Under the pieces are notes generated by a model. That model searched no databases. It was not told where the DNA came from and saw only the letters and a list, made by a program, of their open reading frames with translations. Below are positions 1 through 9,717 of a DNA stretch of 64,000 nt, in pieces (the stretch's first letter is position 1; each line of letters begins with the position of its first letter). The DNA is from Anaerolineae bacterium (GTDB taxonomy: Bacteria; Chloroflexota; Anaerolineae; Aggregatilineales; J027), in NCBI GenBank assembly GCA_021463865.1, contig JAJTXY010000010.1, positions 85,857 to 149,856 on the forward strand. Reading direction: 5' to 3'. The translations under genes and the position numbers were made by a program.

Positions 1-2061
1 AAGGCTCTGCTGAGGGTTAAAAAGGTCGAGTGGCGCGATGAACGCCGTACCGCGTATGCCGAGGAGCAGGCCCGGACTGAAGATACCCGGAAGCGCCGCG
101 CTCAAGAAGAAAAACAGTTACGCGAAGAGCTACGCGCACGCTTGCTGCCAATTTTCCCGACATGGGAGCATGAAGGGCGCGAAAATCAGCGGGTAACGAT
201 TCATATTGGCCCGCCCAACAGCGGCAAAACCCATGACGCCCTGACTGCACTGGCTGACGCGGGGAGTGGTTGGTATCTCGCCCCTTTGCGTTTATTGGCA
301 TTTGAGGTGTTTGACCGCCTCAATATGAACGGCGTGCGCTGCAATCTGTTGACCGGGGAAGAATATATTCCGGTGGACGGGGCGACGATCACCGCTTCCA
401 CGATTGAGATGTTTAATGCACAGCACAGCGGCAAGTGCATCATTATTGACGAAGCCCAAATGCTGGCCGACCCGGATCGCGGTTGGGCGTGGACACGCGC
501 TTTGATGGAGGCCCGTGCGCCAGAAATTCATGTCATCGGGCCAAAAGCAGCCCTAAATTTGGTCAAGACGATGGCTGAATCCGTTTCCATGCCATTTGAA
601 GTGGTCGAACATCAGCGCCTCGCCCCAATCAAAGTTGCTGACTATCCTTGGTCCCTTAGCCGACTACCCAAACGCACCATTTTGGTGGCCTTTTCGCGCT
701 CGATGGTGCTGGAATTAAAAACCCGCCTCGAAGCCATGCGCCGCAAAGTATCGGTAGTGTATGGCAGTCTGCCGCCTGAAGTCCGCCGTCGCCAAGCGGA
801 TCGTTTTGCGGAAGGGCAAACGGAAATTTGTGTCGCAACGGACGCGGTGGGAATGGGGTTGAATTTACCTGCCGATTATGTCTGCTTCTATGAAGTGGAT
901 AAGTTTGATGGGCGGGATCGGCGGATGCTAACACCCTCCGAAGTGCAGCAAATTGGCGGGCGGGCAGGACGGTTTGGCTATTCTGAAGCGGGCGAAGTTG
1001 GGGCGATGGACAAATATGGCTTGGCGACAGTGCGGCGTTTATTTAGCGCTCCTGTCCATCAGTTGACCCATGCTCGTATTGCCCCTTCAGTAGAAGAATT
1101 GGAACTGCTGCCGGGGACGTTTGCGGAACGCCTGCAAGAATGGGCGCGATTGGAATCCATTCCCGATCACCTCCGCAGCGTTCTCAAGACAGCGGATATG
1201 ACCGAGCGGGTTGAATTGGCACGAATGTTGGAGGCACATGAAGTTGAACAGCTAGGGTTGCAGATGGCGCTCAAATTGGTCAATGCCCCAACCCGTGAAA
1301 ATACCCGTCATTATTGGCGACGCTGTGCGACGGCGATTTTGCTAGATCGGCAGATGCCACCCCCGCCGCTGCCTCCGCTGGAAATCCGCGACAGTATTGA
1401 TCTTGACCTCACCGAAGAATCTATTGCCCATGCCGATGTCTATTTGTGGTTGAGCCAGCGGCCTGAATTTCGCAACAGTGGTATGGAGGCGGAGGCGGTT
1501 CGTCACGCGCGGGCGGATTGGTCAGCGCGGATAGATGCGGCCCTGTTGAGGCGAATTGAGGCGGCGCGTCAATGTGCAAGCTGTGGCAAACGGCTGCCCA
1601 AGAATCATCCCTATGGCATTTGTGATAACTGCTATTTTAACAGCCGCTACTTCAGCGACGAGGAGACTTACGAGCGAGTCCGGCTGGATGAGGATATAGA
1701 GGACGAATTGGTAGCGTGGGATGCGTCTTATTTTGCGCCTAAAGAGGATACCCCTAAGTTTGCCGCCATCAGCGAAACGCGCTGCCCTGTCTGTAAACAG
1801 GAGGTCGTTACGCCGGGGCTGCCACGCCTTGACCATTGGCATCAGGCCCATCCTGAAGAAACATCGCTGACGGTTTCACAAGTGGCATGGGTTTTGGGTC
1901 GGCATAAAGCCGATGTTCAAAATCTCATTAAATTCGATCATCGGCCTCATGGGTTGAACGGGACACGCTATTGGAACTTAAGCTCAGTTGAGGCCTTTCT
2001 CAAGTCCGCCCCAACCGCACCGATTAAGTCGCCTGAATATTCTGAAGATACTGCTGAATAG
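1..2061 (+). CDS. SUV3-like SF2 helicase with C-terminal Zn-finger(s) and HTH; 5' truncated by window edge
   Basis: Frame open from base 1 (KALLRVKK...) into the listed ORF. Motifs GPPNSGKT, YLAPLRLLA, IIDEAQ, YGSLPPEVR, VATDAVGMGLN, QIGGRAGR are typical of SUV3. Tail has CASC..CDNC, CPVC..HWHQAH and LTVSQVAWVLG. Confidence 0.85.
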   Translation, partial: KALLRVKKVEWRDERRTAYAEEQARTEDTRKRRAQEEKQLREELRARLLPIFPTWEHEGRENQRVTIHIGPPNSGKTHDALTALADAGSGWYLAPLRLLAFEVFDRLNMNGVRCNLLTGEEYIPVDGATITASTIEMFNAQHSGKCIIIDEAQMLADPDRGWAWTRALMEARAPEIHVIGPKAALNLVKTMAESVSMPFEVVEHQRLAPIKVADYPWSLSRLPKRTILVAFSRSMVLELKTRLEAMRRKVSVVYGSLPPEVRRRQADRFAEGQTEICVATDAVGMGLNLPADYVCFYEVDKFDGRDRRMLTPSEVQQIGGRAGRFGYSEAGEVGAMDKYGLATVRRLFSAPVHQLTHARIAPSVEELELLPGTFAERLQEWARLESIPDHLRSVLKTADMTERVELARMLEAHEVEQLGLQMALKLVNAPTRENTRHYWRRCATAILLDRQMPPPPLPPLEIRDSIDLDLTEESIAHADVYLWLSQRPEFRNSGMEAEAVRHARADWSARIDAALLRRIEAARQCASCGKRLPKNHPYGICDNCYFNSRYFSDEETYERVRLDEDIEDELVAWDASYFAPKEDTPKFAAISETRCPVCKQEVVTPGLPRLDHWHQAHPEETSLTVSQVAWVLGRHKADVQNLIKFDHRPHGLNGTRYWNLSSVEAFLKSAPTAPIKSPEYSEDTAE

Positions 2062-2812
2062 CGGCAAAAGCGTTGTCTGGGAAATTCGGCATCACGTCTC
2101 GCAAATAGGTATCCGCTGTTTTTAGCATGGCTAGGGCACAATCAATAGGATTCAGCAGCAGGGTATCATTTAAAGTTGCGCCGATTTCCGGGAAAACCTT
2201 TTCAAAGCGGCGGAAGGCATCCAGATTATCCAGTACCGCTTTGTTTTCCGCAGGTAAATATTTCCCCAAGAGCCACAGTAGTTCATACATCGCAAAATCT
2301 TTGATAAAGCGATGCCCACTTAACTTTTCGCCACGTTTGTAACGGGCGGCCCCAATCATTAAGTGACTTAGAAATTGTCCCATATAGTGGGTGTCGCTGC
2401 CTTTGGCGGCATTTGCAGCCGTCTTTTCGGCAATCGCAGTAAGGATAGGCGCAAGGTTGGCGCGGTCAATTAGCAATCGGTACTCATTGGCGCTAATCAT
2501 CTGGAGTTCGGCGGCATCAAACACCGCAAATTCAATCAGATGCCCATAGTCGAAAATCGCCTTAACGCCATGTTCGGTTTCCCGAAACGAAAAAATGATA
2601 TGGTCGTCATCGGGAACCCACCGCAAATTTTGACGGAAATCTTCTTGCTGTCCACTTTCGACCACTACTAGGAAATCGTGATCTGACCATTGATCGGGAT
2701 CATGTCCCTGTGCTGCCATTGAGCCAGCGGATATGAGACCCAACACACGTGGGTCAGCTTCGAGATTGGTAACAAGTTGCTGGGTGAAACGATGATATCG
2801 TTCGAGATTCAT
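2024..2812 (-). CDS. Pol-beta superfamily nucleotidyltransferase (lincosamide/aminoglycoside nucleotidyltransferase-like)
   Basis: AGSMA...DQWSDHDF (GS..DxD) signature followed by a helical C-terminal domain ending FRRFE; overlaps the helicase 3' end by 38 bp. Confidence 0.65.
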   Translation of the reverse strand: MNLERYHRFTQQLVTNLEADPRVLGLISAGSMAAQGHDPDQWSDHDFLVVVESGQQEDFRQNLRWVPDDDHIIFSFRETEHGVKAIFDYGHLIEFAVFDAAELQMISANEYRLLIDRANLAPILTAIAEKTAANAAKGSDTHYMGQFLSHLMIGAARYKRGEKLSGHRFIKDFAMYELLWLLGKYLPAENKAVLDNLDAFRRFEKVFPEIGATLNDTLLLNPIDCALAMLKTADTYLRDVMPNFPDNAFAAIQQYLQNIQAT

Positions 2813-2832
2813 GAGTCGCCTTTTGGAACGTT

Positions 2833-2869
2833 AAAAAACCATCTGCCGATGGAAGGAGATGGTTTTTTT
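2833..2869 (-). terminator. Intrinsic terminator after the ferredoxin gene (possibly bidirectional)
   Basis: AAAAAACCATCT-loop-AGATGGTTTTTTT inverted repeat flanked by A and T tracts. Confidence 0.7.
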
Positions 2870-2890
2870 GAGCTTTAGGTTGATAAAATC

Positions 2891-3238
2891 TTAGCCGCGA
2901 GCGTTGTAGCCGGGGCCAGCCGAAAAGAAATCGTAATTAGGCTGGATGTCTTCGGTGAGGTCAAATACTTCACCACCCGCAGCATTGACTCGCTCACCCT
3001 TGAAGGGTTGATAGCCTTGGCTGGGCTTCATTTCATAGGCATCCGGCACTTCGTCTTCGGGGAAGATGGCTTCATAGGGGCATTCGGGTACGCAAGCACC
3101 GCAGTCAATACAGGTGTCGGGGTCAATGAAGTACCACGGCCATTCCGCTTCGGGGATGCCGGGGATAATGCATTCTACGGGACAGACTTCTACACACGCG
3201 CCGTCACGCAAACACAGACCAGTAATGATATGGGTCAT
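2891..3238 (-). CDS. Dicluster (7Fe/8Fe) ferredoxin
   Basis: CLRDGACVEVCPVEC and CIDCGACVPECP motifs. Confidence 0.9.
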   Translation of the reverse strand: MTHIITGLCLRDGACVEVCPVECIIPGIPEAEWPWYFIDPDTCIDCGACVPECPYEAIFPEDEVPDAYEMKPSQGYQPFKGERVNAAGGEVFDLTEDIQPNYDFFSAGPGYNARG

Positions 3239-3314
3239 GATTTAAAGGCTCCTTGCCAGAGTTGCACAAATGTTAACCGGAGATAACTCCGGGATTTACC
3301 ATGCTTGTGCGTTA

Positions 3315-3342
3315 ACTATAGCAAATTGGTTAAGACTGTCAA
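3315..3342 (-). promoter_or_regulatory. Sigma70-type promoter of the ferredoxin gene
   Basis: Minus strand reads TTGACA-16 nt-TATAGT with TGn extended -10. Confidence 0.6.
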
Positions 3343-3384
3343 TCGAATTAGGATAATTTACAGAAATCATCCAATGATATTAGC

Positions 3385-3418
3385 AAAAAAGGCGAGTCCA
3401 CGATCATGAACCCGCCTT
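3385..3418 (-). terminator. Intrinsic terminator of sodA
   Basis: Minus strand AAGGCGGGTTCA..TGGACTCGCCTTTTTT hairpin plus U-tract. Confidence 0.7.
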
Positions 3419-3444
3419 CGTAATACTCGATTACGCTGTTGATC

Positions 3445-4065
3445 TTACTTCTTGGCCGCGGCAAAACGTTCGGCCACTGCATTCCAGTCCACTACATTCC
3501 AGAAGGCCGTGATGTAGTCGGGGCGTTTGTTTTGATATTTCAGATAATAGGCATGTTCCCACACGTCCAGACCGAGAATGGGGGTCAAGCCGGGGGTATC
3601 GGTCAGCGGATTGTTTTGGTTGGGGGTGGAGGTAATGGTGAGTGAGCCGTCACCCTTGACGGACAACCATGCCCAACCAGAGCCAAAACGGGTGGTTGCG
3701 GCTTTGGCAAATTCTTCCTTGAATGCGGCAAAGTTGCCAAACGCGGCATTAATGGCAGATGCCAGCGCACCAGTGGGTTCGCCGCCCCCTTTGGCACTCA
3801 TAATCGTCCAAAATAGGGTGTGGTTGAAGTGACCACCGCCATTGTTGAGGACGGCAGTGCGTGACGCTTCTGGTACTTTGTCGAGCGATTTCAGCAAAGT
3901 ATCAATCGGCAGGGCCGCCAATTCCGGTGAATTTTCGAGCGCTTTGTTCAAATTGTTGACATACGCCGCGTGATGACGGTCATGATGAATTTCCATTGTC
4001 ATCGCGTCAATGTGGGGTTCAAGTGCATTAAACGCATACGGCAGCGGGGGTAGTTCGTGTGCCAT
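3445..4065 (-). CDS. sodA: Mn/Fe superoxide dismutase (Mn-type signature)
   Basis: [10 protein letters not shown] start, [25 protein letters not shown]; start moved to ATG 4065 after GAGGAG. Confidence 0.95.
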   Translation of the reverse strand: MAHELPPLPYAFNALEPHIDAMTMEIHHDRHHAAYVNNLNKALENSPELAALPIDTLLKSLDKVPEASRTAVLNNGGGHFNHTLFWTIMSAKGGGEPTGALASAINAAFGNFAAFKEEFAKAATTRFGSGWAWLSVKGDGSLTITSTPNQNNPLTDTPGLTPILGLDVWEHAYYLKYQNKRPDYITAFWNVVDWNAVAERFAAAKK

Positions 4066-4212
4066 GTTTTTCTTCTCCTCAAGAAGTTCAACGTTGGTAA
4101 AACGTGCGAATGTAATAATAACACGCGCCAAAACGGGCTGCGAACTGTACAATAGTCCAGCCGAGATTTCTATTGGATTTCTTATCATTCCACAAAGGAC
4201 AGTCCAGCCTTT

Positions 4213-5139
4213 ATGAGTGAACAGACGATGACGCAGCGGGCCAGTATGCCGCGTTGGTGGCCGTTTTTAGTGATGGGGGTCGGCGTATTCGCAGTCTCGA
4301 CGGCGGCGGTGTTTATCCGCTTGGCCCAAGAGGAGGATGCCCCATCTCTGGTTATCGCGGCGGCGCGGATGGTGGTAGCCTCGTTGGTTTTGACGTTGCC
4401 TGCGGTGCGCAATTATTCCCATGAACTGCAAAGGCTGACCCGGCGAGATATTGGTTTTGTGTTGGTTGGGGGTGGAGTGCTGGGACTGCATTTTGCGACA
4501 TGGATTACCTCACTGGAATATACCTCGGTGGTCAACAGTGTGGTGTTGGTGACGACCAATCCCTTGTGGGTGGCCGTGCTTGCCCCTATTTTCCTCAAAG
4601 AGAAATTAGGCCGATTTACACTCATGGGATTGGCGCTCGCATTTGGTGGGGGAATTTTGGTGGCGCTAACGGGTTCGGCGGGTGATCCACCCAATCGTTC
4701 CGACCCCCTGTTAGGCAATGGCTTGGCGATTATTGGGGCAATCATGGCGGCGATCTATTTTGTCATCGGACGACGGCTGCGGGATGGGTTGAGCCTTATC
4801 CCCTATGTATGGTTGGTTTACAGCGTGGCAGCGATTGTTCTGGTGGTTGCGGTGATTGTGACGGGCCAGCAGGTGGGCGGCTTGGCATGGCAGGCGTATT
4901 TGTGGATGGCCTTGATGGGATTGACCGCGCAGTTGATTGGGCATTCGTCGTTTAATTATGCGCTCGGCTATTTGCCAGCGGCCTATGTCAGTTTGGTGGT
5001 GTTGGGAGAGCCGATTGGCAGCGGGATATTGGCGGCAATTTTTCTGGACGAATGGCCTGTATTGTTTCAGATCGTCGGATCGGCGTTTATCTTGACCGGA
5101 ATTGGTATCGCCAGCCGGGATCAAATGAATAAGCAGTAG
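4213..5139 (+). CDS. DMT/EamA family transporter
   Basis: About 10 hydrophobic helices in two repeats; [26 protein letters not shown]. Confidence 0.85.
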   Translation: MSEQTMTQRASMPRWWPFLVMGVGVFAVSTAAVFIRLAQEEDAPSLVIAAARMVVASLVLTLPAVRNYSHELQRLTRRDIGFVLVGGGVLGLHFATWITSLEYTSVVNSVVLVTTNPLWVAVLAPIFLKEKLGRFTLMGLALAFGGGILVALTGSAGDPPNRSDPLLGNGLAIIGAIMAAIYFVIGRRLRDGLSLIPYVWLVYSVAAIVLVVAVIVTGQQVGGLAWQAYLWMALMGLTAQLIGHSSFNYALGYLPAAYVSLVVLGEPIGSGILAAIFLDEWPVLFQIVGSAFILTGIGIASRDQMNKQ

Positions 5140-5162
5140 AAACGTGCGAATCAGGAGCGGTG

Positions 5163-5537
5163 TTACACTCTTCCAATGAACGCTTTCACTTCCTCAAGGG
5201 TTGTATCCAATTTTAACTCTAAGGCATCCCATGAACTGGTACGAAAAAGGAAGAGTTGGCAATCGGAAGAAATGACTGAGCGATGCCACAAGAAAAACTC
5301 CTCGAAAGGAGTTTCAAGACATGCCCAAAACTTCCTTACATGCCCATATAAATAGACTTCGGAATTGGGCATGGGGATACCGAATACCAGAAAATCAGGC
5401 GTCTCCTGAAGTATTTTGGCATTCGGCCATTTTTGAAACAGCAATTCTTTGTAATGGGCAGGGTCTATCACAAGATCAGTTGTGCGCTCTTCCCATTCAG
5501 CGGGCGGATAGGGCGTAATGTAAAAGTGTGTTGTCAT
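5163..5537 (-). CDS. Hypothetical protein (possibly an orphan immunity-type protein)
   Basis: 124 aa ORF, ATGA overlap with the upstream SBP gene, AT-richer than its neighbours. Confidence 0.6.
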   Translation of the reverse strand: MTTHFYITPYPPAEWEERTTDLVIDPAHYKELLFQKWPNAKILQETPDFLVFGIPMPNSEVYLYGHVRKFWACLETPFEEFFLWHRSVISSDCQLFLFRTSSWDALELKLDTTLEEVKAFIGRV

Positions 5538-7315
5538 TGTTCACTTTGATACAAAAAGTCGCCGACCCCTGCCCAATCGGGAACGAAGGGCGGGACATCC
5601 TGACCGGGGAACAAAGGCACAGCCGGATAGTTCGCCGTCCAAATATTGGTGAGCGTACCATCTCGATACATGTCCGCCAATGTCCAATTGACCAATGTCA
5701 AAAAGTCGGCATCGTTGCGCGGGGTCGCCATCACAATTGGACGGAATAAATCCTCAAAATTGGGCAGCACCGCCCACGCATTACGCGGATATTCAATGGT
5801 CAAGGCCTGTAGACGGATGCTATCCGCAAAAATGCCATCCACATTGCGCTGATCGAAGATTTCTTCGATGACCTGCTGATTACTGATAAAGCGGTAAATC
5901 GCTGGGGAAATTCTCAGGAAATCAACCAAGAATTCAAGGCGTTCCCCATCGGCAGGGGTGTCTTCGTAATAGCCAATCCAACTCCCCCCGCGAAAACTGC
6001 TGATGCCCCCATCGTAGCGCCCATCTTTGACCACCAAAATTTGATGCTTGTGATAGTGATAGGGCAGGGAATAGTCCGCACGATCCGCCCCATCCCAGCG
6101 CGGACGCACGTTCACCGCGATGTCGGCCTGTCCATTGGCGACCAAATCTACGCCTGTATCAGCGGTATCGGGCAAAAAGACGATGGTCACGCCCCAGCGC
6201 CGTCCCATCTCATACATGATTTCGCGGTTGAGAGGGTCGAGGAATCGTTTGTAGAGGGGGTCGGTATCATTCAGGCTGACCCCGGCAACCGTAATGGCTT
6301 CTCCATTGCGGATTTTGTCCATGACGGACTGATTCGGGCTGGGAATATCAGGGGGGAAATCTTTGACCTCACGAGTGTCGCCGTCGAAATTATCATAGAC
6401 CGGGATGAGGGCGGCAAAGTTGATGTCTTTGTCGGGAAACCACTTGCCTGCAATTTCCTTGACGCGGCCACTGGCATAGAGGCGCTGGATGGCGCGATTG
6501 ACTGGATTACGCAAATTGACATCGTGGCGGCGGAAGGCGATGGCGTAGAAGTCAAAGCGTACCACCTCCCCAATCAGGCTCATATTTTGGCGTCCGGCCC
6601 GCGATAAATCATCCAATTCACCGACCATTGCGGCCACTTCGCCATTGGCAAGGGCGTCGAGGGCATCATCTTGGGTGAGATAGCGCACCAATTCCATGCC
6701 CGTGCCTGTTTGGGCCATCCATAGCCCCATCGCCTCTTCGCCACGACTGCCCGCGATGACACTGACCCGATGGTTAGCTAAATCCGCGATTCTGCCGTAG
6801 GGGTCGCCCTGCCGAATGACCATGCGCTGTTCGTTATAATAATAGGGGTGGGAGTATTCCATCCACTGCTCACCATCGCGGGTGTGAATTTGTTCGCCAA
6901 TCAATACATCCACTCGCCCACTCAATAGGGCTTGCAGTTGGGTTTCGGCGGTGACCTGAACAAATTCGACTTCAACCTTGAGGTCAACAGCGATGGCCCG
7001 CATCAATTCGGCTTCATAGCCATTCACTTCACCCTTGTCATCCAACCACGAAAAAGGTGGTACATTATAGCGCACCCCGACGCGGATTTTGCCCGTGTCC
7101 TGTAGGGTGCGAATCCCCGACACGGCTGCTGTTTGGGGGGTAGGCGTGGGGGTGGCGACAGTGATAGGCGTTGGTGGAACGAGTGTGCCAACTTGGGGCG
7201 TGGGGGTTGGCTGGCCCTGACCACTTTGGGCAAAGGTCAGCGGACTCATCACCAGCAACCCAAAGGCGCAGGCGATCAATAGACAGGTTACGAACAGAGG
7301 TTTAGCTTTCATCAT
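5534..7315 (-). CDS. Tandem two-domain polar amino-acid ABC substrate-binding protein (SBP_bac_3 x2)
   Basis: Signal peptide, TPTP linker, GKIRVGVRYNVPPFS..GYEAEL..EYSHPY; second copy DYSLPY..PRNDADFLTLVNWTL. Confidence 0.8.
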   Translation of the reverse strand: MMKAKPLFVTCLLIACAFGLLVMSPLTFAQSGQGQPTPTPQVGTLVPPTPITVATPTPTPQTAAVSGIRTLQDTGKIRVGVRYNVPPFSWLDDKGEVNGYEAELMRAIAVDLKVEVEFVQVTAETQLQALLSGRVDVLIGEQIHTRDGEQWMEYSHPYYYNEQRMVIRQGDPYGRIADLANHRVSVIAGSRGEEAMGLWMAQTGTGMELVRYLTQDDALDALANGEVAAMVGELDDLSRAGRQNMSLIGEVVRFDFYAIAFRRHDVNLRNPVNRAIQRLYASGRVKEIAGKWFPDKDINFAALIPVYDNFDGDTREVKDFPPDIPSPNQSVMDKIRNGEAITVAGVSLNDTDPLYKRFLDPLNREIMYEMGRRWGVTIVFLPDTADTGVDLVANGQADIAVNVRPRWDGADRADYSLPYHYHKHQILVVKDGRYDGGISSFRGGSWIGYYEDTPADGERLEFLVDFLRISPAIYRFISNQQVIEEIFDQRNVDGIFADSIRLQALTIEYPRNAWAVLPNFEDLFRPIVMATPRNDADFLTLVNWTLADMYRDGTLTNIWTANYPAVPLFPGQDVPPFVPDWAGVGDFLYQSEQ

Positions 7316-7925
7316 CTTTTGACACAGTATACAGTTGATGTTCGGTCAAATAGTTCAGGACGGATTCGGGAACACGATAGCGAATCGAGCGTCCTTGTTT
7401 AATTCGGGTGACAATTTCCGTTGAAGAAATCTCGATTTCGGGCGCTTCCAGAAAATAGAGTTTTTCCAATAATCCCGACAGGCGGCGGGTCAACGTTGAG
7501 AGGTCTGGATAGACATCAGGGCGCTGCATCACCACCAATGTCGTCATCCGCAAAATTTCATCGGGCTGCGACCATGACAGAAAATCGCGCAGGGAATCAC
7601 TGCCCATTAGAAAGAATAGCTCGGCATCGGGATAATCGCGGTGAAACATAGCAATCATATCTACGGCGTAATGCGGCCCCGGACGATCCATATCTGCGCG
7701 GGAAGTCGTAAAACGTGAATTTCCATCTATCGCCAATTTCACCATTGCCAGACGATCCTCGGCGGGGGCACGCGGCAGGCCGATTTTGTGTGGTGGATTG
7801 GATGCGGGTACGAAAAATACGCAGTCCAGTTCAAGGCTGTCGGCTGCGGTTTCGGCGAGAATCAAGTGTCCCAGATGGGGCGGGTTGAAAGTGCCGCCAA
7901 AAATTCCGATGCGCTTATAGCTCAA
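7302..7925 (-). CDS. nadD: Nicotinate-nucleotide adenylyltransferase
   Basis: IGIFGGTFNPPHLGH, FFLMGSDS, EISSTEI; probable TTG start at 7925. Confidence 0.92.
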   Translation of the reverse strand: MSYKRIGIFGGTFNPPHLGHLILAETAADSLELDCVFFVPASNPPHKIGLPRAPAEDRLAMVKLAIDGNSRFTTSRADMDRPGPHYAVDMIAMFHRDYPDAELFFLMGSDSLRDFLSWSQPDEILRMTTLVVMQRPDVYPDLSTLTRRLSGLLEKLYFLEAPEIEISSTEIVTRIKQGRSIRYRVPESVLNYLTEHQLYTVSKDDES

Positions 7926-8098
7926 GCGAATACCTTCCGTTTCGATTGCGGGATAAGTGTGCCGGGACGAATCATTTTTGTCTAATGCGCCTTGCCCACG
8001 ATAGGCTGACTCAATGGGTGGAAATGAAGAAAATAAAGGATAGGCCATAACGTGCGACCTATCCCAAGCATTTGATTCTGGACATGAGTGCTGAAAAA

Positions 8099-9553
8099 TC
8101 AGCCACCACCGCCACCGACGCCTTCAATGATGCCGCCTTCGGTCATGCGACGGGCATCGAGCGCCTTAATCGCGTCTTCGCGGGTCATGTAGCCGAGTTC
8201 GACCACCACATCCACGATGGAGCGACCTTCATACATGGCTTTCTTGGCGACTTCGGCACCCTTCAGATAACCGATAATCGGGTTGAGGGCCGTCACCAAA
8301 ATGGCATTTTTGCCCAGCCACCCTTCGGCTTTTTCGGCATTGGCGGTCAGACCCACCACACATTTTTCAGTGAAGGCTTTGACGGAGCCAATGATGACGT
8401 GCATCATCTCGAACAGGTTATGGGCGATAATCGGCATCATTACGTTGAGTTCAAGCTGACCTGCTTGGCCTGCCATCATCACCGTTAAGTCATTGCCGAT
8501 GACATGGAACATCGCCATATCGAGCATTTCCGCCAAGACAGGGTTGACCTTACCGGGCATGATGCTGGAGCCGGGCTGCACCGCGGGCAGTCGGATTTCA
8601 TCGAGACCCGTGCTGGGGCCGCTGGAAAGCAGACGGAAATCGTTGGCGATGCGGATCAAATCTTGCGCGAGGGTACGCAACGCCCCGGAGAAAAACACCG
8701 CGTCTTGCATACTTTGCATACTCTCGAACAGGTCGTCGCTTTCTTCAAGGTCAATGCCCGTCAATTCGCCCAATTTTTTGACCATGCGGCTGTGGTATTC
8801 GACATGGGCGTTCAGGCCAGTGCCCGTCGCAGTGCCGCCAATCCCCAGACGACGCAGGCCATCGGCGGCAAGGTTGATTTTTTGAATATTGCGCTCAATG
8901 GCTTTGGCATAGGCACCAAATTCCTGACCGAGGCGGACGGGTACGGCGTCTTGTAAATGAGTACGTCCACTCTTGACCACGCCATCAAATTCTTTGGCCT
9001 TGTCTTCGAGGGCGATTTGGAGCTTCGTCAAGACGGCCAATAATTCGTCCAAGCGCCATAGGCAGCCCAAACGAACGGCGGTAGGGATGGTGTCGTTGGT
9101 AGATTGGGCCATGTTCACATGGTCGTTGGGGTTGACGGGCTTTTTGGGATTATCAATGGCATAGCCGATGAGTTGATTGGCGCGGTTGGAGATCACTTCA
9201 TTGGTGTTCATATTTTGGCTAGTGCCCGCACCGGCTTGGAAGGGGTCTACCACAAAATGGTCATTCCATTTACCAGCAATAACTTCATCCGCCGCCGCCA
9301 TGACTGCTTTGGCGATCTCGGCTCCGCTGGTCTTTTTGCCATCTACCTCTTTGTCTTGGAATAGGCCCAAATCGAGGTTGACCTCTGCTGCCGCACGCTT
9401 GATGGTCGCCATTGACCAAATAAAGGCCGGATAGCAGCGTCCGCCTGAGACAGGGAAATTAAGCACGGCACGTTGCGTCTGTGCGCCGTATAATGCACTG
9501 GCGGGGACTTGTAGCTCGCCAAGCGAATCTTTTTCGATACGGAAGTCTGACAT
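8099..9553 (-). CDS. Class II fumarase / aspartate ammonia-lyase family
   Basis: RIEKDSLG, YGAQTQRA, QSTND, KSGRTHLQDA, GSSIMPGKVNP; fumC versus aspA not resolved. Confidence 0.9.
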   Translation of the reverse strand: MSDFRIEKDSLGELQVPASALYGAQTQRAVLNFPVSGGRCYPAFIWSMATIKRAAAEVNLDLGLFQDKEVDGKKTSGAEIAKAVMAAADEVIAGKWNDHFVVDPFQAGAGTSQNMNTNEVISNRANQLIGYAIDNPKKPVNPNDHVNMAQSTNDTIPTAVRLGCLWRLDELLAVLTKLQIALEDKAKEFDGVVKSGRTHLQDAVPVRLGQEFGAYAKAIERNIQKINLAADGLRRLGIGGTATGTGLNAHVEYHSRMVKKLGELTGIDLEESDDLFESMQSMQDAVFFSGALRTLAQDLIRIANDFRLLSSGPSTGLDEIRLPAVQPGSSIMPGKVNPVLAEMLDMAMFHVIGNDLTVMMAGQAGQLELNVMMPIIAHNLFEMMHVIIGSVKAFTEKCVVGLTANAEKAEGWLGKNAILVTALNPIIGYLKGAEVAKKAMYEGRSIVDVVVELGYMTREDAIKALDARRMTEGGIIEGVGGGGG

Positions 9554-9717
9554 GGGGTAAAAGGTACTCCTGAGTTTCAAGGTCGAATGAAAGCAATTTA
9601 ATATTGGTTGGTGGTCAGTTTAACGCAGAGTTGATAACCGGACAATGACAAAAGACCCATTCTGGGATTAATATTTGATGTAAGGGGAATTCCAGCTAAA
9701 CAGAAACTAAGTGCCGT

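Noticed and set aside
3445-4188. Extended N-termini in the ORF track (sodA, nadD, sppA, PfkB kinase, GT2, obgE)
   Set aside because: Family homology and RBS position indicate downstream starts
8099-8120. C-terminal poly-Gly of the fumarase/aspartase as a ubiquitin-like GG motif for the JAB peptidase
   Set aside because: No beta-grasp domain and no linkage to the JAB gene; probably a low-complexity tail
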